From: Clostridiales bacterium
Lineage (GTDB): Bacteria > Bacillota > Clostridia > Oscillospirales > Oscillospiraceae
Direction of reading: 5' to 3'
Length of the DNA: 51,405 nt
Assembly (NCBI GenBank): GCA_022781505.1
Contig: JALETK010000103.1
Location: 1-51,405, forward strand
Made by a program: the position numbers and the translations under genes. Each line of letters opens with the position of its first letter. Within the stretch, counting starts at the first letter, position 1. Below the pieces are notes generated by a model that ran no database searches, was not told the origin of the DNA, and saw only the letters and a program-made list of their open reading frames with translations. Below are positions 8,479 through 17,964 of this stretch, one piece after another.

Positions 8479-8487
8479 CGGGGCGCC

Positions 8488-8880
8488 GTGGAGCAGATTG
8501 TCACCGTAAAGACCGTCCATCCCGACGGCACGGCGGAGGTGCTGTGCCGCCGGGTCTCCGCCTGCAGCGGCAATTGTGACCGCTGCGGCGGCTGCCAGGA
8601 GGGGACACCCCAGACGGTCAGCGTCCTGGCCCGGAATCCCATCGGGGCCGGGCCAGGGGACCGGGTGGTGGTGTCCTCGGAATCGGGCAAGGTGCTGGGG
8701 GCCGCCGCGGCGGTGTACCTGGTGCCATTGCTTCTCATGTTCCCGGGCATCTTCCTGGCGGGGGCCTGGGGCGGCCTGGGGGGCTTTGTCCTGGGCCTGG
8801 GCCTGGCGGTGCTGGCGGACCGGCGCCTCCGGAGCAGGGGGCCCGGCTATACCATCACCGCCTTTGCCTCCGGCGTATGA
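8488..8880 (+). CDS. RseC/MucC family membrane protein
   Basis: RVSACSGNCDRCGGC Cys cluster, ARNPIGAGPGDRV, AAAVYLVPL, then TM helices. Confidence 0.85.
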   Translation: MEQIVTVKTVHPDGTAEVLCRRVSACSGNCDRCGGCQEGTPQTVSVLARNPIGAGPGDRVVVSSESGKVLGAAAAVYLVPLLLMFPGIFLAGAWGGLGGFVLGLGLAVLADRRLRSRGPGYTITAFASGV

Positions 8881-8908
8881 AAATCCGAATAAAAAGGGGA
8901 TAATCAAT

Positions 8909-9787
8909 TTGATTAAAAGTATGACCGGCTATGGCCGGGCTGTGGAGACGCTCCTGGAGCGGGAGTTCACCGTGGAGGTGCGCTCCGTGAACAACCGGTA
9001 TCTGGACTGCAATGTGAAGCTCCCCAGGAGCCTGGCCTTCGCGGAGGACGCCGTGAAGCAGCGGGTGAAGGGCGCCGTCTCCCGGGGCAAGGTGGATGTG
9101 TTCGTCTCCGTGGGAGCCAATGGTGGCGAGCAGGTTCGGGTGAGCCTGAACCGCCCGGTGCTGGAGGGCTATCTGGAGGCCCTGCGAACCATGGTGGCCG
9201 ATTACGGGGTGAAGGACGACATCAGCACCTCCACTCTGTCGAGGCTCCCGGAGATTTTCCAGGTGGAAAAGCCCCAGGAGGACGAGGACGGGCTGCGGGA
9301 GGCCCTTCTGCAGGTGACGGACCGGGCCCTGGAGGCCTACAACGCCATGCGCACCACCGAGGGCGCCGCCCTGGAGGCTGATCTCCGCAGCCGTGGGGAG
9401 ACCATCCTGGGCCTTGTCTCCCAGGTGGAGGCCGGCTCCGGCCAGACGGTGTCCGATTACCGGGCCCGGCTGGAGGCCAAAATGCAGGAGGTTCTGGCCA
9501 ACACCGCCATTGACGAGAGTAGGATTTTGCAGGAGGCCGCCATTTTTGCGGACAAGGTGGCCGTGGACGAGGAGACCGTCCGGCTGCGCAGCCACCTGGC
9601 TCAGATGAACGCCATGCTCACCGCCGGAGGCCCCATTGGCCGCAAGCTGGATTTCCTCCTCCAGGAGATGAACCGGGAGGCCAACACCATCGGCTCCAAG
9701 TGCTCCGACCTGCGCCTGGCCCAGATTGTGGTGGAGATCAAGGCGGAGCTGGAGAAAATCCGGGAGCAGACCCAGAACATCGAGTGA
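8909..9787 (+). CDS. yicC: YicC/YloC family endoribonuclease
   Basis: [59 protein letters not shown]; TTG start at 8909. Confidence 0.93.
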   Translation: MIKSMTGYGRAVETLLEREFTVEVRSVNNRYLDCNVKLPRSLAFAEDAVKQRVKGAVSRGKVDVFVSVGANGGEQVRVSLNRPVLEGYLEALRTMVADYGVKDDISTSTLSRLPEIFQVEKPQEDEDGLREALLQVTDRALEAYNAMRTTEGAALEADLRSRGETILGLVSQVEAGSGQTVSDYRARLEAKMQEVLANTAIDESRILQEAAIFADKVAVDEETVRLRSHLAQMNAMLTAGGPIGRKLDFLLQEMNREANTIGSKCSDLRLAQIVVEIKAELEKIREQTQNIE

Positions 9788-9794
9788 GGCGTCT

Positions 9795-10070
9795 ATGAAG
9801 CTCATAAACATTGGATTTGGAAACATGGTCTCCTCCGCCAGGCTTCTGGCCATCGTGAGCCCCGACTCGGCCCCCATCAAACGCATGGTTCAGGAGGCCC
9901 GGGAGCGGGGAATGCTGATTGACGCCAGCTATGGCCGCCGGACCCGGTCCGTGCTGATTATGGACACGGACCATGTGATTCTCTCGGCCATCCAGCCGGA
10001 GACTGTGGCCGGCCGCGCCGGCGGGGGAGAGCCTGCGGAAGAGACAGATGAGGAGGATGAACATGGATAA
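9795..10070 (+). CDS. remA: DUF370/RemA family protein
   Basis: [12 protein letters not shown]...SPDSAPIKR...[12 protein letters not shown]...SAIQPETV; canonical yicC-remA-gmk order. Confidence 0.92.
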   Translation: MKLINIGFGNMVSSARLLAIVSPDSAPIKRMVQEARERGMLIDASYGRRTRSVLIMDTDHVILSAIQPETVAGRAGGGEPAEETDEEDEHG

Positions 10071-10683
10071 AGGCAGAATTGTGATTATCTCCGGCCCCTC
10101 CGGCGTGGGGAAGGGCACCATCCTGAAGCCCATTCTGGAGGAGAATCCCGATTTCTTTTTCTCCGTCTCCGCCACCACCCGGGCCCCCCGTCCCGGGGAG
10201 GTTCCCGGGGTGAGCTATCACTATATCACCGTGGCGGAGTTTGAAAAGCTGCTGGCGGAGGACGCCCTCCTGGAGTACAATCACTATGCCAGCGGCGACT
10301 ATTACGGCACCCCCGCCAATCCTGTCCGGGAGGTGCTGGCCCGGGGGGGCACGGCCATTTTGGACGTGGAGCCCAACGGAGCCTTCCAGATTCTGGAGCG
10401 GTATCCCCAGGCCATCACCATTTTTGTGGCGCCCCCGGCCCTGGCGGATCTCCGGGCCCGGCTCATCCACCGGGGTGACACCCCCCCGGAGAAGATGGAG
10501 CCAAGGCTGAAGCAGGCTGTGTGGGAAATCCGCCAGGCCTGCCGGTATACATACCTGGTGGTGAATGACGACAAGGACGCCTGCACCAACCGGGTGAAGG
10601 CCATTCTGGCAGGGGCCCCCGAGGCCGAGGCCTGCCGCTATGAAAACAATACCCATTTGAATATCCTGAAGGAGGTCATTTGA
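10063..10683 (+). CDS. gmk: Guanylate kinase
   Basis: [29 protein letters not shown]; AGGAGG RBS before the ATG at 10063. Confidence 0.95.
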   Translation: MDKGRIVIISGPSGVGKGTILKPILEENPDFFFSVSATTRAPRPGEVPGVSYHYITVAEFEKLLAEDALLEYNHYASGDYYGTPANPVREVLARGGTAILDVEPNGAFQILERYPQAITIFVAPPALADLRARLIHRGDTPPEKMEPRLKQAVWEIRQACRYTYLVVNDDKDACTNRVKAILAGAPEAEACRYENNTHLNILKEVI

Positions 10684-10684
10684 C

Positions 10685-10891
10685 ATGCTTTATCCCCCCG
10701 TATCGAAACTTTTGGAGCACATCCCCAGCCGGTATCTTCTGGTGAACGTGGTGGCCCGCCGGGCCCGGCAGATTGCCGCCGAGGCCGAGGAAAACGGCGT
10801 GAAGCTGGAGGACAAGCCCGTAACCCTGGCCATCCGGGAGGTTGCCGAGGGCAAGCTCACCGCCACCATGAAGGAAGAGTACACGAAATAA
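10685..10891 (+). CDS. rpoZ: RNA polymerase omega subunit
   Basis: MLYPPVSKLL...SRYLLVNVVARRARQI...KPVTLAIREV; follows gmk. Confidence 0.93.
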   Translation: MLYPPVSKLLEHIPSRYLLVNVVARRARQIAAEAEENGVKLEDKPVTLAIREVAEGKLTATMKEEYTK

Positions 10892-10922
10892 CCGGCCGGA
10901 GGGCTGCCGGGAGGTGAACGGA

Positions 10923-13367
10923 ATGCCCAACCTTGCGCGGATCGCCGTGTCCGCTGCGGTTTACGCCATTGACAAGCCCTATTGCTACCGCATCCCCCAG
11001 GGGATGGAGGTGGCTCCGGGGCAGCGGGTCATGGTACCCTTTGGCCGGGGAAACCGGGTGGTGGAGGGCATGGTTCTCGCCACGGACTCCGGAGACGAGA
11101 CGGAGCTGAAGGCCGTCCTCCAGGTGCTGGATCCTGCGCCGGTGATGGACGGGGCCATGCTCCGTCTTGCCGCCTTTGTCCGGGAGCGGTATTTCTGCAC
11201 CTTCTACGAGGCCATCCGTGCGGCGCTGCCCGCCGGACTGTGGTTCCGGGTGCAGGATACCTTCACCCTGGCGGAGGGTGCCCCCTGGAAGGACAAGACC
11301 ATCCGGCAGCGTGACGCCAAGGCGGTTCTGGCCCTTTTGGAGGACCTGGGCGGACAGGGGGAGTACCATGTGCTGCGCCAGGCCGTGGAGGACGAGGAGG
11401 CCCTTCAGGCCGCCCTGCGGTATCTTCTGAACAAAAAGTGGATCACCTCCCAGACAGACTTCCTGAGCAGAGCCGGAGATAAGACCGAGAGAATCGCGGT
11501 CCTCTCCGCTTCTGCGGAGGAAGCCTTGGAATACGCCGGAAAGCGGGAGCGCTCCGCGCCCCTGCAGTACCAGGTGCTGAAGCTCCTGTGCAGCGTGGGA
11601 AGCTGCTCCGTGAAGGAGCTGTGCTACTTCACCGGGGCCAGCTCCGCTGTCCTCCGGCGTTTGGAGAAGCTGGGGTACCTGACACTGGAGCACCGGACGG
11701 TGCTTCGCTGCCGGGAAATCCGCCCTGCCAAGCTGGAGGGGCCCCTGGTTCTCAATGAGGAGCAACAGGCCGCCTTTGACACCCTGGAGGAAAAGCTCCT
11801 GTCCCCAAATCCCGGGACGGCCCTCCTCTACGGCGTCACCGGCAGCGGCAAGACCTCGGTCTATTTAAAGCTCATTGCCCGGTGCCTGGAGGAGGGAAAA
11901 TCCGCCCTGCTCCTGGTGCCGGAGATTGCCCTGACCCCCCAGCTCCTGAGCCTTCTCGCGGCCTATTTCGGCCGGGAGGTGGCGGTGCTTCACAGCAGCC
12001 TCCCCGCCGGGGAGCGGTATGACCAGTGGAAGCACATCCGGGACGGTCAGGCCAGGGTGGTGGTGGGAACCCGCTCGGCGGTGTTTGCCCCCTGCCAGAA
12101 TTTGGGACTTATCATCCTGGACGAGGAGCAGGAGCACTCCTACAAATCGGAGAACAGCCCCCGGTACTGCGCCCGGGAGGTGGCCCAGGTTCGGGGCCTC
12201 CGGGGCGGGGCCCTGGTGGTGCTGGGCTCCGCCACCCCCTCGGTGGAGACCATGTACCGGGCCGAAGCCGGGGCCTATACCCTGTGCCGCCTCACCCGTC
12301 GGTACAACGGCAAGGCCCTTCCCCCGGTGCAGATTGTGGACATGAAGGAGGAAATCCGGGCGGGGAACGACTCGGTGCTGAGCCGCCCGCTGCTCGCGGC
12401 CATGGAGGAGACCATGGCCCGGGGGGAGCAGACCATTTTGTTCCTGAACCGCCGGGGCAACAGCCGGATGCTCCAGTGCGTGGACTGCGGCGAGGCGCCG
12501 GAGTGCCCCAGGTGCAGCGTCCACCTCACCTATCACAGCGCCAACCGCCGGCTTATGTGCCACTACTGCGGCTTCTCCCAGCCCACCCCCAACCGCTGCC
12601 CCAAGTGCGGCGGCCCTTTGAAGCAGGTGGGGGCCGGCACCCAGAAGGTGCAGGAGGAGCTGGAGGCCCGCTTCCCGGGAATTCGGGTGGCCCGGATGGA
12701 CGCGGACACGGTGAGCGCCGTGAACACCCATGAGAAAATTCTGGAGCGATTCAAAAAAGAAAACCTTCCGGTGCTCCTGGGCACCCAGATGGTGGCCAAG
12801 GGCCTGAATCTGGAGAATGTGACCCTGGTGGGCGTGCTGGACGCGGATTTGTCCCTGTATGTGGACAGCTACCGGGCGGCGGAGACCACCTTCAACATGC
12901 TCACCCAGGTGGTGGGCCGGGCCGGACGGGGCAGCCGCCCGGGCCGGGCCATGATTCAGACCATGACCCCGGAGCACCGGGTGATCACCCTGGCGGCCAT
13001 GCAGGATTATGCGGGCTTCTATGAGATGGAGCTGCCCCTGCGCCAGGCCAAGGGCTGTCCGCCCTTTCAGGATCTGTACACGCTGACCTTCTCCGGCCCG
13101 GAGGAGCAGCAGGTTCTCCGCTGCGCCGTGGCCTTCCGGGACGCGCTCCTGGGGGCTCTGGGGGCCGGAGGCATGGCGGCCCAGGTTCTGGGCCCGGCCC
13201 CGGCGGCGGTGGCGAAGGTCAACTATCACTATCGGTACCGGCTGACCCTCCGGGGGGCCGGAGGCCGCCCTCTGCGGCAGCTTTTAAGCGGCCTTTTGCA
13301 GCAGTTTGCCCGGGAGAAGACCAACCGGGGCGTCTCCGCCTTTGCGGATATCAACGGATATGACTGA
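10923..13367 (+). CDS. priA: Primosomal protein N' (replication restart helicase)
   Basis: GVTGSGKT, LVPEIALTPQ, DEEQE, GSATPS, Cys-rich zinc region, GTQMVAKG, QVVGRAGR. Confidence 0.96.
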   Translation: MPNLARIAVSAAVYAIDKPYCYRIPQGMEVAPGQRVMVPFGRGNRVVEGMVLATDSGDETELKAVLQVLDPAPVMDGAMLRLAAFVRERYFCTFYEAIRAALPAGLWFRVQDTFTLAEGAPWKDKTIRQRDAKAVLALLEDLGGQGEYHVLRQAVEDEEALQAALRYLLNKKWITSQTDFLSRAGDKTERIAVLSASAEEALEYAGKRERSAPLQYQVLKLLCSVGSCSVKELCYFTGASSAVLRRLEKLGYLTLEHRTVLRCREIRPAKLEGPLVLNEEQQAAFDTLEEKLLSPNPGTALLYGVTGSGKTSVYLKLIARCLEEGKSALLLVPEIALTPQLLSLLAAYFGREVAVLHSSLPAGERYDQWKHIRDGQARVVVGTRSAVFAPCQNLGLIILDEEQEHSYKSENSPRYCAREVAQVRGLRGGALVVLGSATPSVETMYRAEAGAYTLCRLTRRYNGKALPPVQIVDMKEEIRAGNDSVLSRPLLAAMEETMARGEQTILFLNRRGNSRMLQCVDCGEAPECPRCSVHLTYHSANRRLMCHYCGFSQPTPNRCPKCGGPLKQVGAGTQKVQEELEARFPGIRVARMDADTVSAVNTHEKILERFKKENLPVLLGTQMVAKGLNLENVTLVGVLDADLSLYVDSYRAAETTFNMLTQVVGRAGRGSRPGRAMIQTMTPEHRVITLAAMQDYAGFYEMELPLRQAKGCPPFQDLYTLTFSGPEEQQVLRCAVAFRDALLGALGAGGMAAQVLGPAPAAVAKVNYHYRYRLTLRGAGGRPLRQLLSGLLQQFAREKTNRGVSAFADINGYD

Positions 13368-13386
13368 TGAAAGGGAGAATAATACC

Positions 13387-13857
13387 ATGGCTATACGGAA
13401 AATTATGACGGAAAAGGATTCCGCTCTGCACAAGGTCTGCCGCCCGGTGACGGATTTCAACGGACGGCTCCACCGGCTGCTGGACGACCTGGCCGAGACC
13501 CTGGACGAGGCCCAGGGGGCCGGTCTCGCGGCGCCCCAGGTGGGGATTCTCCGCCGGGTGGTGGTCATCGACGTGGGCGAGGGCCTCATGGAGCTGGTGA
13601 ATCCGGAGATCGTGGAGCAGGAGGGGGAGCAGGACGGCCCTGAGGGCTGCCTCAGCGTCCCCGGGAAGTGGGGCCTTGTGAAGCGGCCCAACCATGTGAA
13701 GGTGCGGGCCCAGGACCGGAACGGCCAGTGGTTCGAGGCTGAGGGCGAGGGCCTGCTGGCCCGGTGCTTCTGCCATGAGCTGGAGCATTTGGATGGCCAC
13801 CTGTACACCGAAAAGGTCTCCCGCTACCTGACGGAAGAAGAAATCGAGGAAATGTAA
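13387..13857 (+). CDS. def: Peptide deformylase
   Basis: GAGLAAPQVG, EGCLS, HELEHLDG. Confidence 0.96.
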   Translation: MAIRKIMTEKDSALHKVCRPVTDFNGRLHRLLDDLAETLDEAQGAGLAAPQVGILRRVVVIDVGEGLMELVNPEIVEQEGEQDGPEGCLSVPGKWGLVKRPNHVKVRAQDRNGQWFEAEGEGLLARCFCHELEHLDGHLYTEKVSRYLTEEEIEEM

Positions 13858-13871
13858 AAGGAGGCTTGCCC

Positions 13872-14789
13872 ATGCGCGTTGTATTTATGGGTACCCCGGA
13901 CATTGCCGCCACCTGCCTCAAGAGGCTTCTGGAGCGGGGCGTGTCCGTGGTGGGCGTTTACACCAAGCCGGACACCCCCCAGAACCGGGGCATGAAGCTG
14001 ACCCAGTCCCCGGTGAAGCAGGTGGCCGTGGCCCAGGGCATTCCCGTCTTCCAGCCGGTGCATTTCCGGGAGGCGGAGACGGTGGAGGAGCTGAGGAGCC
14101 TTGCTCCGGATGTGATTGCGGTGGTGGCCTATGGCCGGATTCTGCCTCCTTCGGTGCTGGAGATTCCCCCTCTGGGCTGCATCAACATTCACGCCAGCAT
14201 CCTGCCGGAGCTTCGGGGCTCCGGGCCGGTGCAGTGGGCCATTCTGAACGGCCTCACGGAGACCGGCGTCACGGCCCAGTATATGGCCCCGGAGATGGAC
14301 GCCGGGGATATGATTGAGGTGCGCAGAACCCCCATTGACCCGGAGGAGAACGCCCAGAGTCTTCTGGACCGCCTGGCCTCCATCGGCGCGGAGCTGCTGG
14401 CGGACACCCTGGAGCGGCTCACCCGGGGCCCCGTCCCCGGCACCCCCCAGGAGCATGAGAAGGCCACCTTCGCCCCCATGCTCACCAAGGAGCTGTGCCC
14501 CATTGACTGGAGCAAATCCCCTCTGGAGATCAAAAACCACATCCGGGGCCTGGACCCCTGGCCCGTTGCCACCATGGAGCTCTCCGGCAAGCGGTTCCGG
14601 GTGTACAAGGCCCGGCTCACGGAGAAGACCACCTCCGCCGCCCCGGGAACCCCCCTGGGGGTCACAAAGACGGGCCTGGAGATGGCCTGCGGCGGCGGCC
14701 GGGTGCTGGAGATTCTCACCCTCCAGGCCGACGGCGGCAAGCGGATGGCCGCGCCGGATTACTTCCGGGGCCACCCCCTTAAGGTGTGA
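13872..14789 (+). CDS. fmt: Methionyl-tRNA formyltransferase
   Basis: MRVVFMGTPD, VVAYGRIL, INIHASILP, MDAGD; follows def. Confidence 0.96.
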   Translation: MRVVFMGTPDIAATCLKRLLERGVSVVGVYTKPDTPQNRGMKLTQSPVKQVAVAQGIPVFQPVHFREAETVEELRSLAPDVIAVVAYGRILPPSVLEIPPLGCINIHASILPELRGSGPVQWAILNGLTETGVTAQYMAPEMDAGDMIEVRRTPIDPEENAQSLLDRLASIGAELLADTLERLTRGPVPGTPQEHEKATFAPMLTKELCPIDWSKSPLEIKNHIRGLDPWPVATMELSGKRFRVYKARLTEKTTSAAPGTPLGVTKTGLEMACGGGRVLEILTLQADGGKRMAAPDYFRGHPLKV

Positions 14790-14791
14790 GG

Positions 14792-16099
14792 ATGGACGCG
14801 AGACAGACGGCCCTGGGGGCCCTCATTGCCTGCCGGAAGCAGGGAGCCTGGTCCGACGGGGTGCTGAAGGAGTATGTCCAGCGGGACCGGCTGGACCGGC
14901 GGGAGGCGGCTCTGGCCGCCCGGCTGTGCTACGGCGTCCTGCAGAACCGCCAGCTTCTGGATTATTACCTGGCCTCCCTGGTGAGAGGACGGCTGAAGGA
15001 TTTGCAGCCGGTGGTGCTGGACATTCTGCGCCTGGGGCTGTATCAGATTTTGTTTTTGGATAAAGTACCCCCCTCTGCCGCCGTCAATGAGGCAGTGGAG
15101 CAGGGGAAGAAATATGCCAATGCCCGGGCGGCGGGGCTTGTGAACGGGGTTCTCCGGAGTGCCATCCGGGAGCGGGCCCGGCTGACCCCTCCGGAGGACT
15201 TGGCCACCCGGTTCTCCCATCCCCAGGCGCTGGTGGAGCTTCTGGCCGGGGAGATGAATCGGGAGGATTTGGAGGCGGTGCTGGCGGCGGACAATGAGGC
15301 CCCGGAGACCGTGCTCCAGCTGAACCCCCTGCGGGGGGCCCTTCGGGAGCTGCACAACGCGGTCATCGAGGCGGGGGGCACGGAGCATCCCCACCCCTGG
15401 CTGCCGGACTGCTGCACCGCCGCCGGTGTGGGGAGCCTGGAGCGGCTGGAGGCCTTTCAGAAGGGACTCTTCTATGTCCAGGATGCCGCCTCCCGTCTGG
15501 CGGTGGGCTGCGCCGCCCTTGGGCCCGGGATGCAGGTGCTGGATTGCTGCGCCGCCCCCGGGGGCAAGAGCTTTGCCGCGGCCATTGACATGAAAAATCA
15601 GGGGCGGGTTGTCTCCTGCGACATCCACCCCCACAAAATCGCCCTCATTGAAAAGGGGGCCCAGCGCCTGGGCCTCACGGCCATTGAGGCCAGGTGCCAG
15701 GACGCCCGGGCCTTTGTGCCCGGCTGGGAGGGAGCCATGGACGCGGTTCTGGTAGACGCTCCCTGCAGCGGCCTGGGCATCATCCGGAAAAAGCCGGATA
15801 TTCGCTACAAGGAGCTTTCCCAGACGGAGGCCCTGCCGGCCCTCCAGCTGGAGATTCTCCGGAATCAGGCCCGGTATGTAAAGCCCGGAGGGGTGCTGCT
15901 GTACTCCACCTGCACCATTTTGAACCGGGAGAACGGGGCCGTGGTTCGGGCCTTCCTGGAGGAGCACCCCGGCTTTTCCCCGGAGCCTCTGCCCCTTCCG
16001 GAGGCCCTGCCCCAGGACGGCAGCGGGATGCTCACCCTCCTGCCCGGAAAGTACGGGACGGATGGCTTCTTTATCTGTAAAATGCGGAGGCGGCTATGA
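14792..16099 (+). CDS. rsmB: 16S rRNA m5C967 methyltransferase
   Basis: NusB-like N-terminal domain, VQDAAS, DCCAAPGGKS, DAPCSGLG, YSTCT, TDGFFI. Confidence 0.95.
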   Translation: MDARQTALGALIACRKQGAWSDGVLKEYVQRDRLDRREAALAARLCYGVLQNRQLLDYYLASLVRGRLKDLQPVVLDILRLGLYQILFLDKVPPSAAVNEAVEQGKKYANARAAGLVNGVLRSAIRERARLTPPEDLATRFSHPQALVELLAGEMNREDLEAVLAADNEAPETVLQLNPLRGALRELHNAVIEAGGTEHPHPWLPDCCTAAGVGSLERLEAFQKGLFYVQDAASRLAVGCAALGPGMQVLDCCAAPGGKSFAAAIDMKNQGRVVSCDIHPHKIALIEKGAQRLGLTAIEARCQDARAFVPGWEGAMDAVLVDAPCSGLGIIRKKPDIRYKELSQTEALPALQLEILRNQARYVKPGGVLLYSTCTILNRENGAVVRAFLEEHPGFSPEPLPLPEALPQDGSGMLTLLPGKYGTDGFFICKMRRRL

Positions 16100-17145
16100 A
16101 AACCGACATCAAATCCATGACCCTGGAGGAGCTCCAGGCGGATATGCGGGCCATGGGCCAGAGCGCCTTCCGGGCCGGGCAGATTTACACCTGGCTCCAC
16201 CGGGGGGCCACCTCCTTCTGGGAGATGACCAATCTCTCCAAGGAGCTGCGGGAGACCCTGGATCAGCGGTATGAGATCACCGCCCCCAAGGTGGTTCGCA
16301 GGCAGGAGTCCAAGAAGGACGGCACCGTGAAGTACCTCTGGCGGCTGTCCGACGGCAACTGCGTGGAGACGGTGCTCATGCGCTATCACTATGGAAACAG
16401 CGTCTGCATCTCCTCGGAGGTGGGCTGCCCCATGGGCTGCTCCTTCTGTGCCTCCACCCTGGGGGGCCTGGTGCGCCGCCTGCGGCCCTCGGAGATGCTG
16501 GATCAGGTGCTGTTCACCCAGCTGGACTCGGGGCTTCCCATCTCCCACATCGTCCTCATGGGCATCGGGGAGCCACTGGACAATTTTGATACGGTGATGC
16601 GCTTTCTGGAGCTGGTGAACAGCCCCCAGGGGCTGAACATCAGTATGCGGCACATCAGCCTGTCCACCTGCGGCCTGGTGCCGAAAATCCTGAAGCTGGC
16701 GGAGAAGAAGCTGCAGCTGACCCTCTCCGTGTCCCTCCACGCCCCCTCCGACGAAATCCGCAATACCATTATGCCCGTGAACCGGGCATACAATGTGGAG
16801 ACCCTGCTGAACGCCTGCCGCGCCTATTACGCGGCCACAAACCGGCGGATCTCCTTTGAGTACGCCATGATCCGGGACGTGAACGACTCGGAGGACTGCG
16901 CCCGGCTCCTGCTCCGGCGGCTGAAGGGCCTGCCCGCTCATGTGAATCTCATTCCTTTGAATGAGGTGGCCGAGAGTCCCCTGCACCCCAGCTCCCGGCA
17001 GACGGTGCAGCGGTTCCAAAAGCTCCTGGAGGAGGGGGGCGTTACCGCCACGGTGCGCAGAACCCTGGGGGGCGACATCGACGCCTCCTGCGGCCAGCTC
17101 CGCCGGAACTTTGAAAAGGCAGAAAAGGGAAGTGTTTCCTCTTAA
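16096..17145 (+). CDS. rlmN: Radical-SAM 23S rRNA/tRNA m2A methyltransferase
   Basis: CISSEVGCPMGCSFC, MGIGEPLDN, SLHAP, DIDASCGQL. Confidence 0.95.
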   Translation: MKTDIKSMTLEELQADMRAMGQSAFRAGQIYTWLHRGATSFWEMTNLSKELRETLDQRYEITAPKVVRRQESKKDGTVKYLWRLSDGNCVETVLMRYHYGNSVCISSEVGCPMGCSFCASTLGGLVRRLRPSEMLDQVLFTQLDSGLPISHIVLMGIGEPLDNFDTVMRFLELVNSPQGLNISMRHISLSTCGLVPKILKLAEKKLQLTLSVSLHAPSDEIRNTIMPVNRAYNVETLLNACRAYYAATNRRISFEYAMIRDVNDSEDCARLLLRRLKGLPAHVNLIPLNEVAESPLHPSSRQTVQRFQKLLEEGGVTATVRRTLGGDIDASCGQLRRNFEKAEKGSVSS

Positions 17146-17161
17146 AATATTGGAAAAGAGA

Positions 17162-17190
17162 TTGCAATCTTTCTGAGAAACTGATACAAT
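17162..17190 (+). promoter_or_regulatory. SigA promoter of stp-prkC-rsgA
   Basis: TTGCAA (17162-17167), 17 bp, TACAAT (17185-17190) with an extended -10 TG. Confidence 0.75.
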
Positions 17191-17216
17191 GCTAAAATAC
17201 GAAAGGAGGTCAGGCT

Positions 17217-17948
17217 ATGCAGGCATGGGGATTGACAGACCCCGGTTGTGTGCGGGCTCAGAATCAGGACGCCTTCGCCGTCCGGCCCTTCGGTGAGGAC
17301 TGTGTGTTGTGCGTGGTCTGCGACGGCATGGGCGGCGCAAAGTCCGGCAACATTGCCAGCGCACTGGCCCTGGATGTATTTACCGCCGAGGTGGAGCGGA
17401 GCCGGAAGCCGGACATGCTCCCGGAGGAGATTGGACAGATGCTCCTGGGGGCGGTGAAGCTGGCGAACTTTACGGTATACGACCAGTCCCGGCAGTTTGA
17501 GGACTTTGAGGGGATGGGCACCACCCTGGTGGCGGCCTATCTTCAGAACAGTACCGCCGTCATTGCCAATGTGGGGGACAGCCGCTGTTACCTTCTGAAC
17601 CGGGAGGGCGTCCGCTGCATCACCATGGATCACTCGCTGGTGCAGCTCATGGTGCAGCGGGGAGAGCTGACCCCGGAGCAGGCCAAGACCTACCCCGGAA
17701 AAAATTTCATCACCCGGGCCATCGGCACAGAGGCCGTGGTGCAGTGTGATCTGTTTCGCCTGAGCGTGCAGAAGGGGGACAACCTGCTTCTGTGCAGCGA
17801 CGGCCTCTCCAACCTCCTGGACGACCAGGAAATACTATTCGAGGTGGTTCACGGGGTGAACAAGCAGCTGTGCTGTCAGCGGCTATTGGGCATTGCCAAG
17901 GAACGTGGCGCGCCGGACAATGTGACAAGCATTCTGGCTGTGCTGTGA
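17217..17948 (+). CDS. stp: PP2C-type Ser/Thr phosphatase (Stp1/PrpC)
   Basis: RAQNQD, VCDGMGG, GMGTTL, NVGDSR, CSDGL, DNVT. Confidence 0.95.
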   Translation: MQAWGLTDPGCVRAQNQDAFAVRPFGEDCVLCVVCDGMGGAKSGNIASALALDVFTAEVERSRKPDMLPEEIGQMLLGAVKLANFTVYDQSRQFEDFEGMGTTLVAAYLQNSTAVIANVGDSRCYLLNREGVRCITMDHSLVQLMVQRGELTPEQAKTYPGKNFITRAIGTEAVVQCDLFRLSVQKGDNLLLCSDGLSNLLDDQEILFEVVHGVNKQLCCQRLLGIAKERGAPDNVTSILAVL

Positions 17949-17964
17949 GAAAGGAGACCTCATT

